A stretch of DNA of 49,541 nucleotides, taken from contig JAFULU010000283.1 of assembly GCA_017483125.1 (NCBI GenBank), positions 1-49,541 on the forward strand, in the 5' to 3' direction. Positions 26,078 to 34,860 of this stretch are shown in pieces. Within the stretch, counting starts at the first letter, position 1, and each line of letters opens with the position of its first letter. The notes beneath the pieces are model-generated. The model ran no database searches and was not told the origin of the DNA. It saw only the letters and a list, made by a program, of their open reading frames with translations. Source of the DNA: Clostridia bacterium. Lineage in GTDB: Bacteria; Bacillota; Clostridia; Oscillospirales; CAG-272. The translations under genes were made by a program, and so were the position numbers.

Positions 26078-27565
26078 ATGACTGTAAGCCGTGTTATCGC
26101 GATCATCGCGACCGCCGATACCATCCGTATTCTTGTTGATTCCCCCATCCCCGCCGACGCCGAGGTGAAGGTCTTTGCCTTCTCCCCCATTCTGGCCGAG
26201 GAGGTGGAGCCTCTGACCGCCCTGACCCCCGCTGTGGAGGGCGATACCCTGACCGTCCCCCGCTTCGCCTGCGGCCGTGACGGCGTGTGCCTGTCCTACG
26301 GCGTGCAAATCGACGACGAGCTGCTGGAGGGCAAGCAGTACGTGGAAGCCATCACCGCATCCCGGCGGGATTTCCCCTACCCTGTGGTGGACACCAAGAA
26401 GGGCCTGCAGGTGGTGGACTACAAGGACGCCAAGGAGCTGGGGGTGCGCCATTCCGCCATCAACGTCAACGAGGGCGATTTCCTCATGCCCGCCTACGAG
26501 GAGGGCAACACCATTGAGTTCGAGCACGACGGGCGGGTGTTCTACTTCCGCAAGTCCCACGTGGAGAGGATGGACGAGACCTTCGTGGGCCTGACCGAGA
26601 TCGGCTGTGTGATCTCCTTCATCCTGCTCAATTCCCCCCACTGGCGGTGCGACATTGACCCCGCCTTCTGGGAGGTCATCAAGCACCCCGCCTACACGGG
26701 GAAGCGTGAGGACGGCACGGGTCTGATCTCGGCCTTCAACCTGGTCACCGAGGAGGGTCTGGCGTACTACCGCGCCTTCATCGCCTTCCTCACCGACCGC
26801 TACACCCGTGAGGACAAGGCATACGGTCGGGTCGTGGGCATGATCGTGAGCAACGAGGTAGACGCGGGCTACATCTGGGCCAACTCGGGCGAGATGACCC
26901 TGGAGGAGTACGTGACCGAGTACGCCACGGCTCTCCGCGTCACCTGGCAGACCGCCGCCTCCATCTACGCCCATATGCGGGTCTTCGTCTCCATCGACCA
27001 CTTCTGGACCGCCGCCATGGACGAAAGCCAGCCTCTGCGCTACTACAAGACCCGTGATATGCTGGTCTTCCTCAACCAGCTGGCCACCGAGCAGGGACAG
27101 ATCCCCTGGCACATCGCCCACCATCCCTACCCCGAGGATCTCAACTACCCCGACTTCTGGAACGACAAGCTGGCCACTCCCGACGACGACGCCCCCATCA
27201 TCACCTTCAAGAACCTGGAGGTACTGGCGCGGTTCATCCACCGTCCCGAGTTCCTGCTGAACGGTGAGCGCCGCCGCATCATCCTGTCGGAGCAGGGCTT
27301 TAACTCCCATTGGACCCCCGAGAGCGAGATCCTCCAGGCCTGTGCCTACGGAAGAGCCTACCGCAAGATCATGGAGATCCCCGAAATTGACTCCTTCATT
27401 CTTCACTCCCACCATGACAACGCCTTCGAGTTCGGTCTGAACCTGGGTCTGTGGCGGAGAAAGAAGGAGGGTCACGGCATGGAGGCTCCCAAGCCCATGT
27501 ACTACGTGTTCAAGGCCATTGATCAAAAGGATGAGAAGGGCGTGTATCACTGGGAGAGATACTGA
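26078..27565 (+). CDS. putative glycoside-hydrolase-like TIM-barrel protein (DUF5722-like)
   Basis: 495-aa cytoplasmic protein. The family assignment is from memory of similar Clostridia proteins (…VSNEVD…, …LSEQGF…), not from a search. Confidence 0.4.
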   Translation: MTVSRVIAIIATADTIRILVDSPIPADAEVKVFAFSPILAEEVEPLTALTPAVEGDTLTVPRFACGRDGVCLSYGVQIDDELLEGKQYVEAITASRRDFPYPVVDTKKGLQVVDYKDAKELGVRHSAINVNEGDFLMPAYEEGNTIEFEHDGRVFYFRKSHVERMDETFVGLTEIGCVISFILLNSPHWRCDIDPAFWEVIKHPAYTGKREDGTGLISAFNLVTEEGLAYYRAFIAFLTDRYTREDKAYGRVVGMIVSNEVDAGYIWANSGEMTLEEYVTEYATALRVTWQTAASIYAHMRVFVSIDHFWTAAMDESQPLRYYKTRDMLVFLNQLATEQGQIPWHIAHHPYPEDLNYPDFWNDKLATPDDDAPIITFKNLEVLARFIHRPEFLLNGERRRIILSEQGFNSHWTPESEILQACAYGRAYRKIMEIPEIDSFILHSHHDNAFEFGLNLGLWRRKKEGHGMEAPKPMYYVFKAIDQKDEKGVYHWERY

Positions 27566-27567
27566 CA

Positions 27568-27645
27568 AAGATACAAGATACAAAGATACAAGATAACGCA
27601 CGCCGCCGCTCTCTATCTTGTATCTTGTATCTCGTATCTTGTAAC
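27568..27645. repeat. B-type (GATACAA)n palindromic element
   Basis: AAAGATACAAGATACAAAGATACAAGATA (27568-27596), a 18-nt GC-rich loop, then ATCTTGTATCTTGTATCTCGTATCTTGTAAC (27615-27645). It starts 3 nt after the stop codon. Confidence 0.85.
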
Positions 27646-27704
27646 TCATACTTCCCCCTCCCCCCGCATAGGATATACCAATTATCCACACGGAGGTCAC
27701 GGGT

Positions 27705-28241
27705 ATGTTCATTTACTCCTTCAAAGCCAGCAGTATCAAGTTCTTCGGCATCCTCTGCGTTGCCATGGCCGCCCTCATCACCCTCATCGCCTTTGTCCCC
27801 GCCTACGCGGGGGGAGACACCCAAAAGCCCAACGCAAACGGCGGGCTGGCGGTGGACGCTCCCGAGGCCGAGTCGGGGGTGACGGTGTCGGTGCGCTACG
27901 ACAAGGTCAAGACCGCTGACGACGCGGCGAGATTCCTCTCCCAGTTCGGCTGGGTGGTGGACGCGGGGTCGGTGGAGACCCGCGAGGTCACGATTCCCGC
28001 CCAGTTTGACAAGGTCTTCGCGGGCTACAACGAGCTGCAGAAGGCCCAGGGGCTGGATCTGTCCAAGTACAAGAAGAAGACGGTGACCCGCTACACCTTC
28101 ACGGTGACCGATTATCCCGACTACGAGGGGACGGTCTACGCCAACGTCTTGGTCTACCGCGGCCGTGTCATCGGCGGGGACATCTGCTCGGCGGACGTAA
28201 ATGGGTTCATCCACGGGTTTGAGAAGCCCGCGGAGGAGTGA
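27705..28241 (+). CDS. DUF4830-like membrane-anchored protein
   Basis: 178 aa with an N-terminal TM helix. The YNELQKAQGLDLSKYKKKTVTRYTF segment and the position next to cdd are typical of DUF4830 proteins (from memory). Confidence 0.5.
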   Translation: MFIYSFKASSIKFFGILCVAMAALITLIAFVPAYAGGDTQKPNANGGLAVDAPEAESGVTVSVRYDKVKTADDAARFLSQFGWVVDAGSVETREVTIPAQFDKVFAGYNELQKAQGLDLSKYKKKTVTRYTFTVTDYPDYEGTVYANVLVYRGRVIGGDICSADVNGFIHGFEKPAEE

Positions 28242-28301
28242 TTTTCTACCCATCGTTTACTTTTCAACGATTCGTTTATATTCCAAGACTGGAGAAAGCA
28301 C

Positions 28302-28718
28302 ATGACTGATCAGAAAGAGCTGTACGCCTCCCTCATGGCCTCGGCCGTGGCCGCGCGGGAATATTCCTACTCCCCCTACTCGGGCTACCGCGTAGGGGCG
28401 GCTCTCTTGGGGGCCGACGGGAAGGTCTACACGGGCTGTAACATTGAGAACGCGGGCTACACCCCCACCAACTGCGCCGAGCGGACGGCGGTCTTCAAGG
28501 CGGTCAGCGAGGGAGTGCGGGAGTTTACCGCCATCGCCGTGGTGGGTGGCTCGGGGGAGACTCTGGACGCCGCCTGTACCCCCTGCGGGGTATGCCGTCA
28601 GGTGCTGGCGGAGTTCTGCGAGCCCGGGATGCCCGTGATTTTGGGGACACCCGAGGAGATGCGGGTGATGACCTTGGGGGAGCTATTGCCCTTTGCGTTT
28701 ACCAAGAAGAATTTGTAA
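28302..28718 (+). CDS. cdd: cytidine deaminase
   Basis: 138 aa with zinc-binding motifs CAERTA and CTPCGVCRQ. Confidence 0.92.
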   Translation: MTDQKELYASLMASAVAAREYSYSPYSGYRVGAALLGADGKVYTGCNIENAGYTPTNCAERTAVFKAVSEGVREFTAIAVVGGSGETLDAACTPCGVCRQVLAEFCEPGMPVILGTPEEMRVMTLGELLPFAFTKKNL

Positions 28719-28733
28719 AAGAAAGGAACCACC

Positions 28734-30035
28734 ATGCGCCCATACGACGTAATCAAGAAAAAGCGGGACGGTCAGGCCCTGACCGACACCGAGATACGGG
28801 AGTTCATCGCGGGCTACGTGTCGGGGGAGATCCCCGACTACCAGGCCGCCGCCTTTTGCATGGCGGTCTATTTCCGGGGCATGACCCCCGAAGAGACCGC
28901 CTCCCTCACCATGGCCATCCGTGACTCGGGGGACACCCTCCACTTCGAGGGCATCCGGGGCCTGCGGGTGGACAAGCACTCCACCGGCGGCGTGGGGGAC
29001 AAGACCAGCCTGGCGGTGGCCCCCATCGTGGCCGCTCTGGGGGTCAAGGTGGCCAAAATGAGCGGGCGCGGGTTGGGTCATACCGGCGGTACCGTGGACA
29101 AGCTGGAGGCCATCGAGGGCTTCCGTACGAATCTGACCACCGCCGAGTTTGAGGCCATCGTCAATGAGGTGGGCATCGCCATCGTGGGGCAGAGCGCGGA
29201 TCTGGCTCCCGCGGACAAGCTCCTCTACGCCCTCCGCGACGTGACCGCTACCGTGGATTCTCTGCCCCTCATCGCCTCCTCCATCATGGGCAAGAAGCTG
29301 GCCGCCGACGATGACTGCATTCTTTTGGACGTCAAGACGGGCAGCGGGGCGTTCATGAAGTCCGAGGAAGACAGCCGCGCTCTGGCCGAGGCCATGGTGG
29401 ACATTGGCAAGCGGGCGGGCAAGCGGGTCCGCGCTCTGATCACGGATATGGACAGGCCCCTGGGTAACGCCATCGGCAATTCCCTGGAGGTCATCGAGGC
29501 CATCGAGACCCTGAACGGCCGAGGTCCCGCAGACTTCACCGAGTTGTGCGTGGCGTTGGCTACCCATATGCTGGTGATCTCGGATCGGGGTACGGTGGAG
29601 GAGTGCGAGGCAAACGTCCGCCGCGTCATGGCCGACGGGTCGGCTCTGGATACCTTCGCCGCTATGGTGAAGGCCCAGGGCGGCGATCCCGCGTGGATCT
29701 ACCATCCCGAGAAGTTCCCCTCCGCGCCCTATTCCCGTGAGGTTCTCGCCCCCGCCGACGGCTACATCGTCTCGGTGGATTGCGAGGGCTACGGCACCGC
29801 CGCCCTGCTTCTGGGGGCAGGGCGCAACCGCAAGGAGGACGTCATTGACCCTGCGGCGGGGATCCTGCTCCACGCGAAAACGGGGGACGCGGTCAAGTCT
29901 GGTCAGCCCATCGCCACCCTGTACGCCTCCCGCGAGGAGCTTTTGGACGGAGCCGAAGCCAAGCTGTTGACCTCCACGGTGATCGGTGAGACCAAGCCCA
30001 CGGCGCGGCCCTTGATCGTCGGAGTGGTGGAGTAA
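28734..30035 (+). CDS. pdp: pyrimidine-nucleoside (thymidine) phosphorylase
   Basis: 433 aa. MRPYDVIKKKRDG…, HSTGGVGDKTSL and SGRGLGHTGGTVDKLE are canonical motifs. Confidence 0.92.
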   Translation: MRPYDVIKKKRDGQALTDTEIREFIAGYVSGEIPDYQAAAFCMAVYFRGMTPEETASLTMAIRDSGDTLHFEGIRGLRVDKHSTGGVGDKTSLAVAPIVAALGVKVAKMSGRGLGHTGGTVDKLEAIEGFRTNLTTAEFEAIVNEVGIAIVGQSADLAPADKLLYALRDVTATVDSLPLIASSIMGKKLAADDDCILLDVKTGSGAFMKSEEDSRALAEAMVDIGKRAGKRVRALITDMDRPLGNAIGNSLEVIEAIETLNGRGPADFTELCVALATHMLVISDRGTVEECEANVRRVMADGSALDTFAAMVKAQGGDPAWIYHPEKFPSAPYSREVLAPADGYIVSVDCEGYGTAALLLGAGRNRKEDVIDPAAGILLHAKTGDAVKSGQPIATLYASREELLDGAEAKLLTSTVIGETKPTARPLIVGVVE

Positions 30036-30057
30036 CCCACAAACACACATAGTTTAC

Positions 30058-30099
30058 GGGCGGTTTTTCTGCTACGGTGGGGGACCGCCCCTGTTTTTC
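30058..30099 (+). terminator. intrinsic terminator after pdp
   Basis: GGGCGGT…ACCGCCC stem followed by CTGTTTTT. Confidence 0.6.
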
Positions 30100-30116
30100 A
30101 AGAGAAAGGATGTTAC

Positions 30117-30875
30117 ATGGCTTCTTGGATGATCCATTTCCGCGTGGCCCAGACCATGCTGGACAGGGGGGCTTTAGGGGAGTGTCCCGAGAGGGCACCA
30201 GCCGAGGCCTTCGTCATGGGGAACATTGCCCCCGACAGCGGAGTGCCCACTCCCGAGGGCGGGTACAGCCCCGACAAGAACACCTCCCACTTCATGCGCC
30301 GCTTTGAGGGTGTGCCCGCGGGGCAGAATCCCGAGCGGTGCGATCCCCATCTCTTCGCGCGGGAGTGGCTGATCCCCGCTCCGGATCGGGGAGACGAGGT
30401 GGCGGCGGCCTTCTATCTGGGGTATCTCTGCCATCTGGTCACCGACAACGGCTGGGTGCGGGACTTCATCTACCCCGCCAAGGTGCGCTTCGCCCATCTG
30501 CGCTTGGTGGACGGGGCGGAGACCCCCGAGGGGGTGGCGCGGTTCTACGCCTTCCTCAAAAGGGATTGGTATGATATGGATTTTCTGTACCTGCGCCGTC
30601 GGCCCGATCTGCCCGCGTACCGCCTGTTTCTGGACGCGCCGCGATTTGACAATGATTTTCTTCCCTTCTTTCCCGCCGATGCCTTCGAGGTCAGAAGGAG
30701 TGAGATCGAGGCCTTCTACCGCAAGGGAGTTGCCGCGGTGGAGGAGAGATCGGTCTACATCAGCGAGGATGAGGCCGAGGCCTTCATTGAGCGGGTCGCC
30801 GACGAGGTACTGGGAGATTTCGGGGATCTTTTCGGTGACTTTTGTTCAAAATTAACATCCTATTCACAGATTTAG
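30117..30875 (+). CDS. hypothetical protein, possibly zinc-dependent phospholipase C / metal-hydrolase-like
   Basis: 252 aa. The N-terminal SWMIHFRVA and later CHLVTDNGW His/Asp motifs are suggestive only. Confidence 0.3.
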   Translation: MASWMIHFRVAQTMLDRGALGECPERAPAEAFVMGNIAPDSGVPTPEGGYSPDKNTSHFMRRFEGVPAGQNPERCDPHLFAREWLIPAPDRGDEVAAAFYLGYLCHLVTDNGWVRDFIYPAKVRFAHLRLVDGAETPEGVARFYAFLKRDWYDMDFLYLRRRPDLPAYRLFLDAPRFDNDFLPFFPADAFEVRRSEIEAFYRKGVAAVEERSVYISEDEAEAFIERVADEVLGDFGDLFGDFCSKLTSYSQI

Positions 30876-30953
30876 GTCGGTTTCATGGTACAATTAGGAC
30901 AATCCGCCACCCCTCCCATGGGGTGGATAAAAAACGAAAAGGACTTGACGATT

Positions 30954-32876
30954 ATGAAAAAGCTTTTGATCGCTCTTCTGCTGGTGCTGTCCTGCGTGCT
31001 CCTGTTCGCCTGCGTTCAGGATGATCCCGCTACCGACACCACCGCCCCCTCTGACGGGGCCACCGACGCGCCCACCGACGCTCCCACCGATACCCCCACC
31101 GAGGCTCCTACCGAGCCCGATGCCGAGGAGACCACCCCCGAGGTCAGCGAGGATACCACCGCCGAAGCAGAGGTGCCCGCCGAGCCCTCCCCCGTGGTGC
31201 TCTACCAGCTGGTCCCCGAGAAGAACAGCCTGATGCAGTCCTACGTCATCAAGACCTCGGGTGGCAAGCTCATCGTCATTGACGGCGGTATTGACGGCGA
31301 GGGCCGCGACCGTGATCCCTACATGCCCGCCGCTCTCCGCGCCATCGCGGGTGTGGACGAGGGCGAGTACTTTGAGGTGGAGGCCTGGTTCCTCTCCCAC
31401 GGCCACAAGGACCATATCTACGAGCTGTCCAAGATGCTGAAGGAGTACTCCGCCGAGTCCAACTACAAGATCAACAACATCTACTTCGACTTCCCCGAGT
31501 TCGGCAGTGAGGAGTACCCCACCGCCAACGCCGACATGGAGTTCTCCCAGATCAAGGAGAACCTCAACAAGTACGGTGAGGTCATCGGGGCTACGGTCAA
31601 GGACGGCTCCACCTACTACGACGACATCAACGGCGCCGTCATCAACAGCGAGTCGGTGGCCAAGGGCCTGTCCTTTGAGATCGACGGCGTGAAGATCGAC
31701 GTCCTCCAGACCTGGGATCCCGCCGACGGCTTCAGCAACATCAACGACACCTCTCTGGTTCTTCGCTTCCACATCGGTGAGCAGACCGTCCTGTTCCTGA
31801 ACGACCTGGGCGTCAACGGCGGCCGCCGTCTGCTGGCTACCTACGGGGATCAGCTGAAGTGCGACATGGTTCAGATGGCCCACCACGGCCAGGCGGGCGT
31901 GAATAAGGACGTGTACGACGCCATCGACGCTGACGTCCACCTGTGGCCCACCCCCATCTGGGTGTGGAACAACTCCAATGGTATCTACCAGATCGACGAC
32001 GTCCGCCAGTGGCTGTACGGTGAGACCTTCCTCACCTCCAGCGAGTACGATATCGTCTCCTGTCTGTACAAGAAGTACCCCGCCAGAAGCACCCAGGTCG
32101 CCGCTTGGGACAGGGTGTTGGACTACATGAAGATCGAGTTCCCCTATATCGTCCCCGAGCGTCCCGAGCCCGAAACCGAGCCTGAGACCGAGCCCGAGAC
32201 CGAGATCATCGAGCCCGTGGATCACGATTACGTGAGCGACGGCCTGGTGGCCTACTACAGCGGTACCCAGTCCACCCGCGGCGGCCACGACAAGGATTCC
32301 GCTGTCTGGCAGGATCTGGTGGGCGGTCACGACATGGCCATCACCAAGAATGACGACAACTACTTCTCCGACACGGGCCTGCGAGCCAAGGGCGTCAAGC
32401 ACAACTTCCCCGCCGCCATCGTGGACACCGTCAACGGCCAGGCCTTCACCATTGAGATCCTGCTGGGTGATTTCGTGTCGGTGGGCAACGAGTTCAACAC
32501 CTTCATCAACGGCTCGGGTGACGAGATCGCCCTGTTCCGCCGCAATTCCGTGGACGAGCTGGAGCTGAAGTTCCAGATCAATGCGGGTGTGCGCATCAAG
32601 GTCAAGGACTGCCTGAACCTGCTGCAGAACAGTCTGATCACCATCACCTACACCCAGAACGACGTGGTCCGCCTGTACGTCAACGGCGAGCAGGTGGGTG
32701 AGACCCCCACCATCAACGGCTCCCTGGGCGCGTCGGATCTCTTCATCGGACACAACGCCCAGAACAAGATGTTCGACACCACCTACCGTGCCGTCCGATT
32801 CTACGATCGCGCGCTGACTCCTGAGGAGGTCGCGGCGAATGCGGCAGTGGATGGGTACGGAGCTGACGCGGAGTGA
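30954..32876 (+). CDS. lipoprotein with an MBL-fold metallo-hydrolase domain and a C-terminal LamG/concanavalin-like domain
   Basis: MKKLLIALLLVLSCVLLFAC contains a lipobox. HxHxDH motif SHGHKDH. EPETEPETEPETE linker. The C-terminal region (…LFIGHNAQNKMFDTTYRAVRFYDRALTPEEV) is typical of LamG_3 domains. Confidence 0.7.
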   Translation: MKKLLIALLLVLSCVLLFACVQDDPATDTTAPSDGATDAPTDAPTDTPTEAPTEPDAEETTPEVSEDTTAEAEVPAEPSPVVLYQLVPEKNSLMQSYVIKTSGGKLIVIDGGIDGEGRDRDPYMPAALRAIAGVDEGEYFEVEAWFLSHGHKDHIYELSKMLKEYSAESNYKINNIYFDFPEFGSEEYPTANADMEFSQIKENLNKYGEVIGATVKDGSTYYDDINGAVINSESVAKGLSFEIDGVKIDVLQTWDPADGFSNINDTSLVLRFHIGEQTVLFLNDLGVNGGRRLLATYGDQLKCDMVQMAHHGQAGVNKDVYDAIDADVHLWPTPIWVWNNSNGIYQIDDVRQWLYGETFLTSSEYDIVSCLYKKYPARSTQVAAWDRVLDYMKIEFPYIVPERPEPETEPETEPETEIIEPVDHDYVSDGLVAYYSGTQSTRGGHDKDSAVWQDLVGGHDMAITKNDDNYFSDTGLRAKGVKHNFPAAIVDTVNGQAFTIEILLGDFVSVGNEFNTFINGSGDEIALFRRNSVDELELKFQINAGVRIKVKDCLNLLQNSLITITYTQNDVVRLYVNGEQVGETPTINGSLGASDLFIGHNAQNKMFDTTYRAVRFYDRALTPEEVAANAAVDGYGADAE

Positions 32877-32915
32877 GGCTTCGCGCCGTAGCGGAATATA
32901 CCCGTATATAAGGAT

Positions 32916-32953
32916 CGCCCCCGACGCTGGGTTTGCGTTGGGGGCGGTTTTTG
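32916..32953 (+). terminator. intrinsic terminator
   Basis: CGCCCCCGACGC-TGGGTTT-GCGTTGGGGGCG followed by GTTTTTGTC. Confidence 0.8.
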
Positions 32954-33065
32954 TCATGAAAAATCTTATGACTGTGCCATGTATTCCGTGTCGGTCTGAT
33001 CCTTGACTTTTCTCTCGGGGTATGCTATACTATTAACAGAATCCAACGAAAGGGAATACGACAGC

Positions 33066-33746
33066 ATGAAAACCGTTTTTGAAACTCACTTACATTTTTC
33101 GCCCAATTGGATCATGATGATCGTTTCCATCGTATACATTCTATTCGGAATAAGATTATTGAAAAAAAGATTGGAGAAATACCGGTCCCGGGCACAATTG
33201 ATTTGCCCGATCCTGTTTATAAGTATTGGCGGCATCGGCTTGATCCTGTTTATTTTCCTGTTTATCCGTCAAATGCCCACCCCTTTGTTCTTTTCTGCGG
33301 TGCCTTTCCTGCTGCTCCTTCCGCTCATTGGTTTTTTGAACTTTGATAAGGCTGAACCCATATCGGAATTTGTAAAGCCGATCGGTCTATTCATTTTTGT
33401 CACCATATTCTGTATGATAACCTCTTTGGCCGCCTGCTTCCTTATGAGCGACCTGATTCAAAAAGCACAAATTGAACGGTTCGTCTATGACACGTATCAA
33501 GAAGGTAACGCTCTTGCAGTCGAAGGTGCGATTCAGGATTTTCATCCAATGCCGGAAACGCTACACGATACCGAATCCTTCACAGTAGATGGTATTACAT
33601 TCTACTATAGTAACCATAAAGAGTCCTTTTATTACAGTACATGCGCATTTGACGGCGGATACATCACACGGAATGGCCAGATGGTGAAAATTTGGTACGT
33701 CGAAGTGGATGGATACAACTATATCGTGCGTATCGACTTATTATAG
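33066..33746 (+). CDS. hypothetical polytopic membrane protein in an AT-rich islet
   Basis: ATG at 33066. About four TM helices, then a soluble C-terminal domain. GC is clearly lower than the flanks: sampled 60-nt lines give 17/60 and 29/60 G+C. Confidence 0.55.
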   Translation: MKTVFETHLHFSPNWIMMIVSIVYILFGIRLLKKRLEKYRSRAQLICPILFISIGGIGLILFIFLFIRQMPTPLFFSAVPFLLLLPLIGFLNFDKAEPISEFVKPIGLFIFVTIFCMITSLAACFLMSDLIQKAQIERFVYDTYQEGNALAVEGAIQDFHPMPETLHDTESFTVDGITFYYSNHKESFYYSTCAFDGGYITRNGQMVKIWYVEVDGYNYIVRIDLL

Positions 33747-33753
33747 AAAATGA

Positions 33754-33798
33754 AAAGCACCACAGGGAGTCCAATACTCTCTGTGATGCTTTCTTGTT
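33754..33798. terminator. bidirectional terminator between the membrane-protein gene and metA
   Basis: AAAGCACCACAGGGAG…CTCTCTGTGATGCTTT imperfect stem with T-runs on both strands. Confidence 0.7.
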
Positions 33799-34716
33799 TT
33801 ACTGAATATCCTTCACATCATAAGGCGTAGTCTGATAAACATAATAATTCAGCCAATTGGAATAGAACAGATTCGCGCAGGACCTCCACCGCACGATAGG
33901 CTCCCTCTCGGGATCATCGTCGGGGAAATAGTGGGCGGGGGGCTCGATGGGGAGTCCCGCTTTCTTGTCGCGGAGGTACTCGTTCTTCAGGGTGTCGGCG
34001 TCGTACTCCGAGTGGCCCATGACGTAGACCTGCTTGCCTCTTGCGGTCATGGCGCAGAAGACCCCTGCCTCCTTGGAGCTGGCGACGATGCGCAGCTCGG
34101 GGATGGCCTCCATGTCCTCGCGCTTGGTGGTGGTGTGGCGGGAATGGGGGACGTTGAAGACGTCGTCGTAGCCGCGGAAGAGCATGGAGCGGTTGTAGTC
34201 CAGCTTATGCTCGTAGACACCGAAGAGCTTCTTTTCCAGGGGGTACTTGGGGATGCCGTAGTGGTAGTAGAGTCCCGCCTGGGCGCCCCAGCAGATGTGG
34301 AGGGTGGAGGTGACGTGGGTCTTGCTCCACTCCATGATCTCGCAGAGCTCGGGCCAGTAGTCCACCTCCTCAAAGGGGATCTGCTCCACGGGGGCTCCCG
34401 TGATGATCATGCCGTCGTACTTTCTGTCCCTCACCTCGTCAAAGGTCTTGTAGAAGGCCAGCATATGCTCCTGGGAGGTGTGGCTGGACTTATGGGTGGC
34501 GGTCTGGAGCAGCTCCAGCTCCACCTGGAGGGGGGTATTGCCGATGAGACGGGCGATCTGGGTCTCGGTCTCGATCTTCTTGGGCATGAGGTTGAGCATG
34601 AGGATATTCAGGGGGCGGATATCCTGGGTGATGGCGCGGGTCTCGGTCATGACGAAGATGTTCTCGTTGAGAAGGGTATCCGTCGCGGGGAGAAGATTGG
34701 GAATTTTGATGGGCAT
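33799..34716 (-). CDS. metA: homoserine O-acyltransferase (MetA family)
   Basis: [11 protein letters not shown]…[15 protein letters not shown]…HICWGAQAG are canonical MetA motifs. 305 aa. Confidence 0.92.
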   Translation of the reverse strand: MPIKIPNLLPATDTLLNENIFVMTETRAITQDIRPLNILMLNLMPKKIETETQIARLIGNTPLQVELELLQTATHKSSHTSQEHMLAFYKTFDEVRDRKYDGMIITGAPVEQIPFEEVDYWPELCEIMEWSKTHVTSTLHICWGAQAGLYYHYGIPKYPLEKKLFGVYEHKLDYNRSMLFRGYDDVFNVPHSRHTTTKREDMEAIPELRIVASSKEAGVFCAMTARGKQVYVMGHSEYDADTLKNEYLRDKKAGLPIEPPAHYFPDDDPEREPIVRWRSCANLFYSNWLNYYVYQTTPYDVKDIQ

Positions 34717-34792
34717 GGTGACAGTCCTTTTCGTTTCGTATTCTGGGGAAAAGGCTAATGTATATTGCCTTTATGAAAAGTTTTTGGAGATT

Positions 34793-34824
34793 CTTAAGAA
34801 CCTTTTTGTAAAAAGGTTCTTAAG
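34793..34824. promoter_or_regulatory. perfect 32-bp palindrome (15-bp arms) between metY and metA; operator or terminator-like
   Basis: CTTAAGAACCTTTTT-GT-AAAAAGGTTCTTAAG. There is no adjacent U-tract on either strand. It lies 77 nt upstream of the metA ATG. Confidence 0.45.
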
Positions 34825-34860
34825 CGGGGGTCAGGGGCAGAGCCCCTCGTTCTCCCGCTC

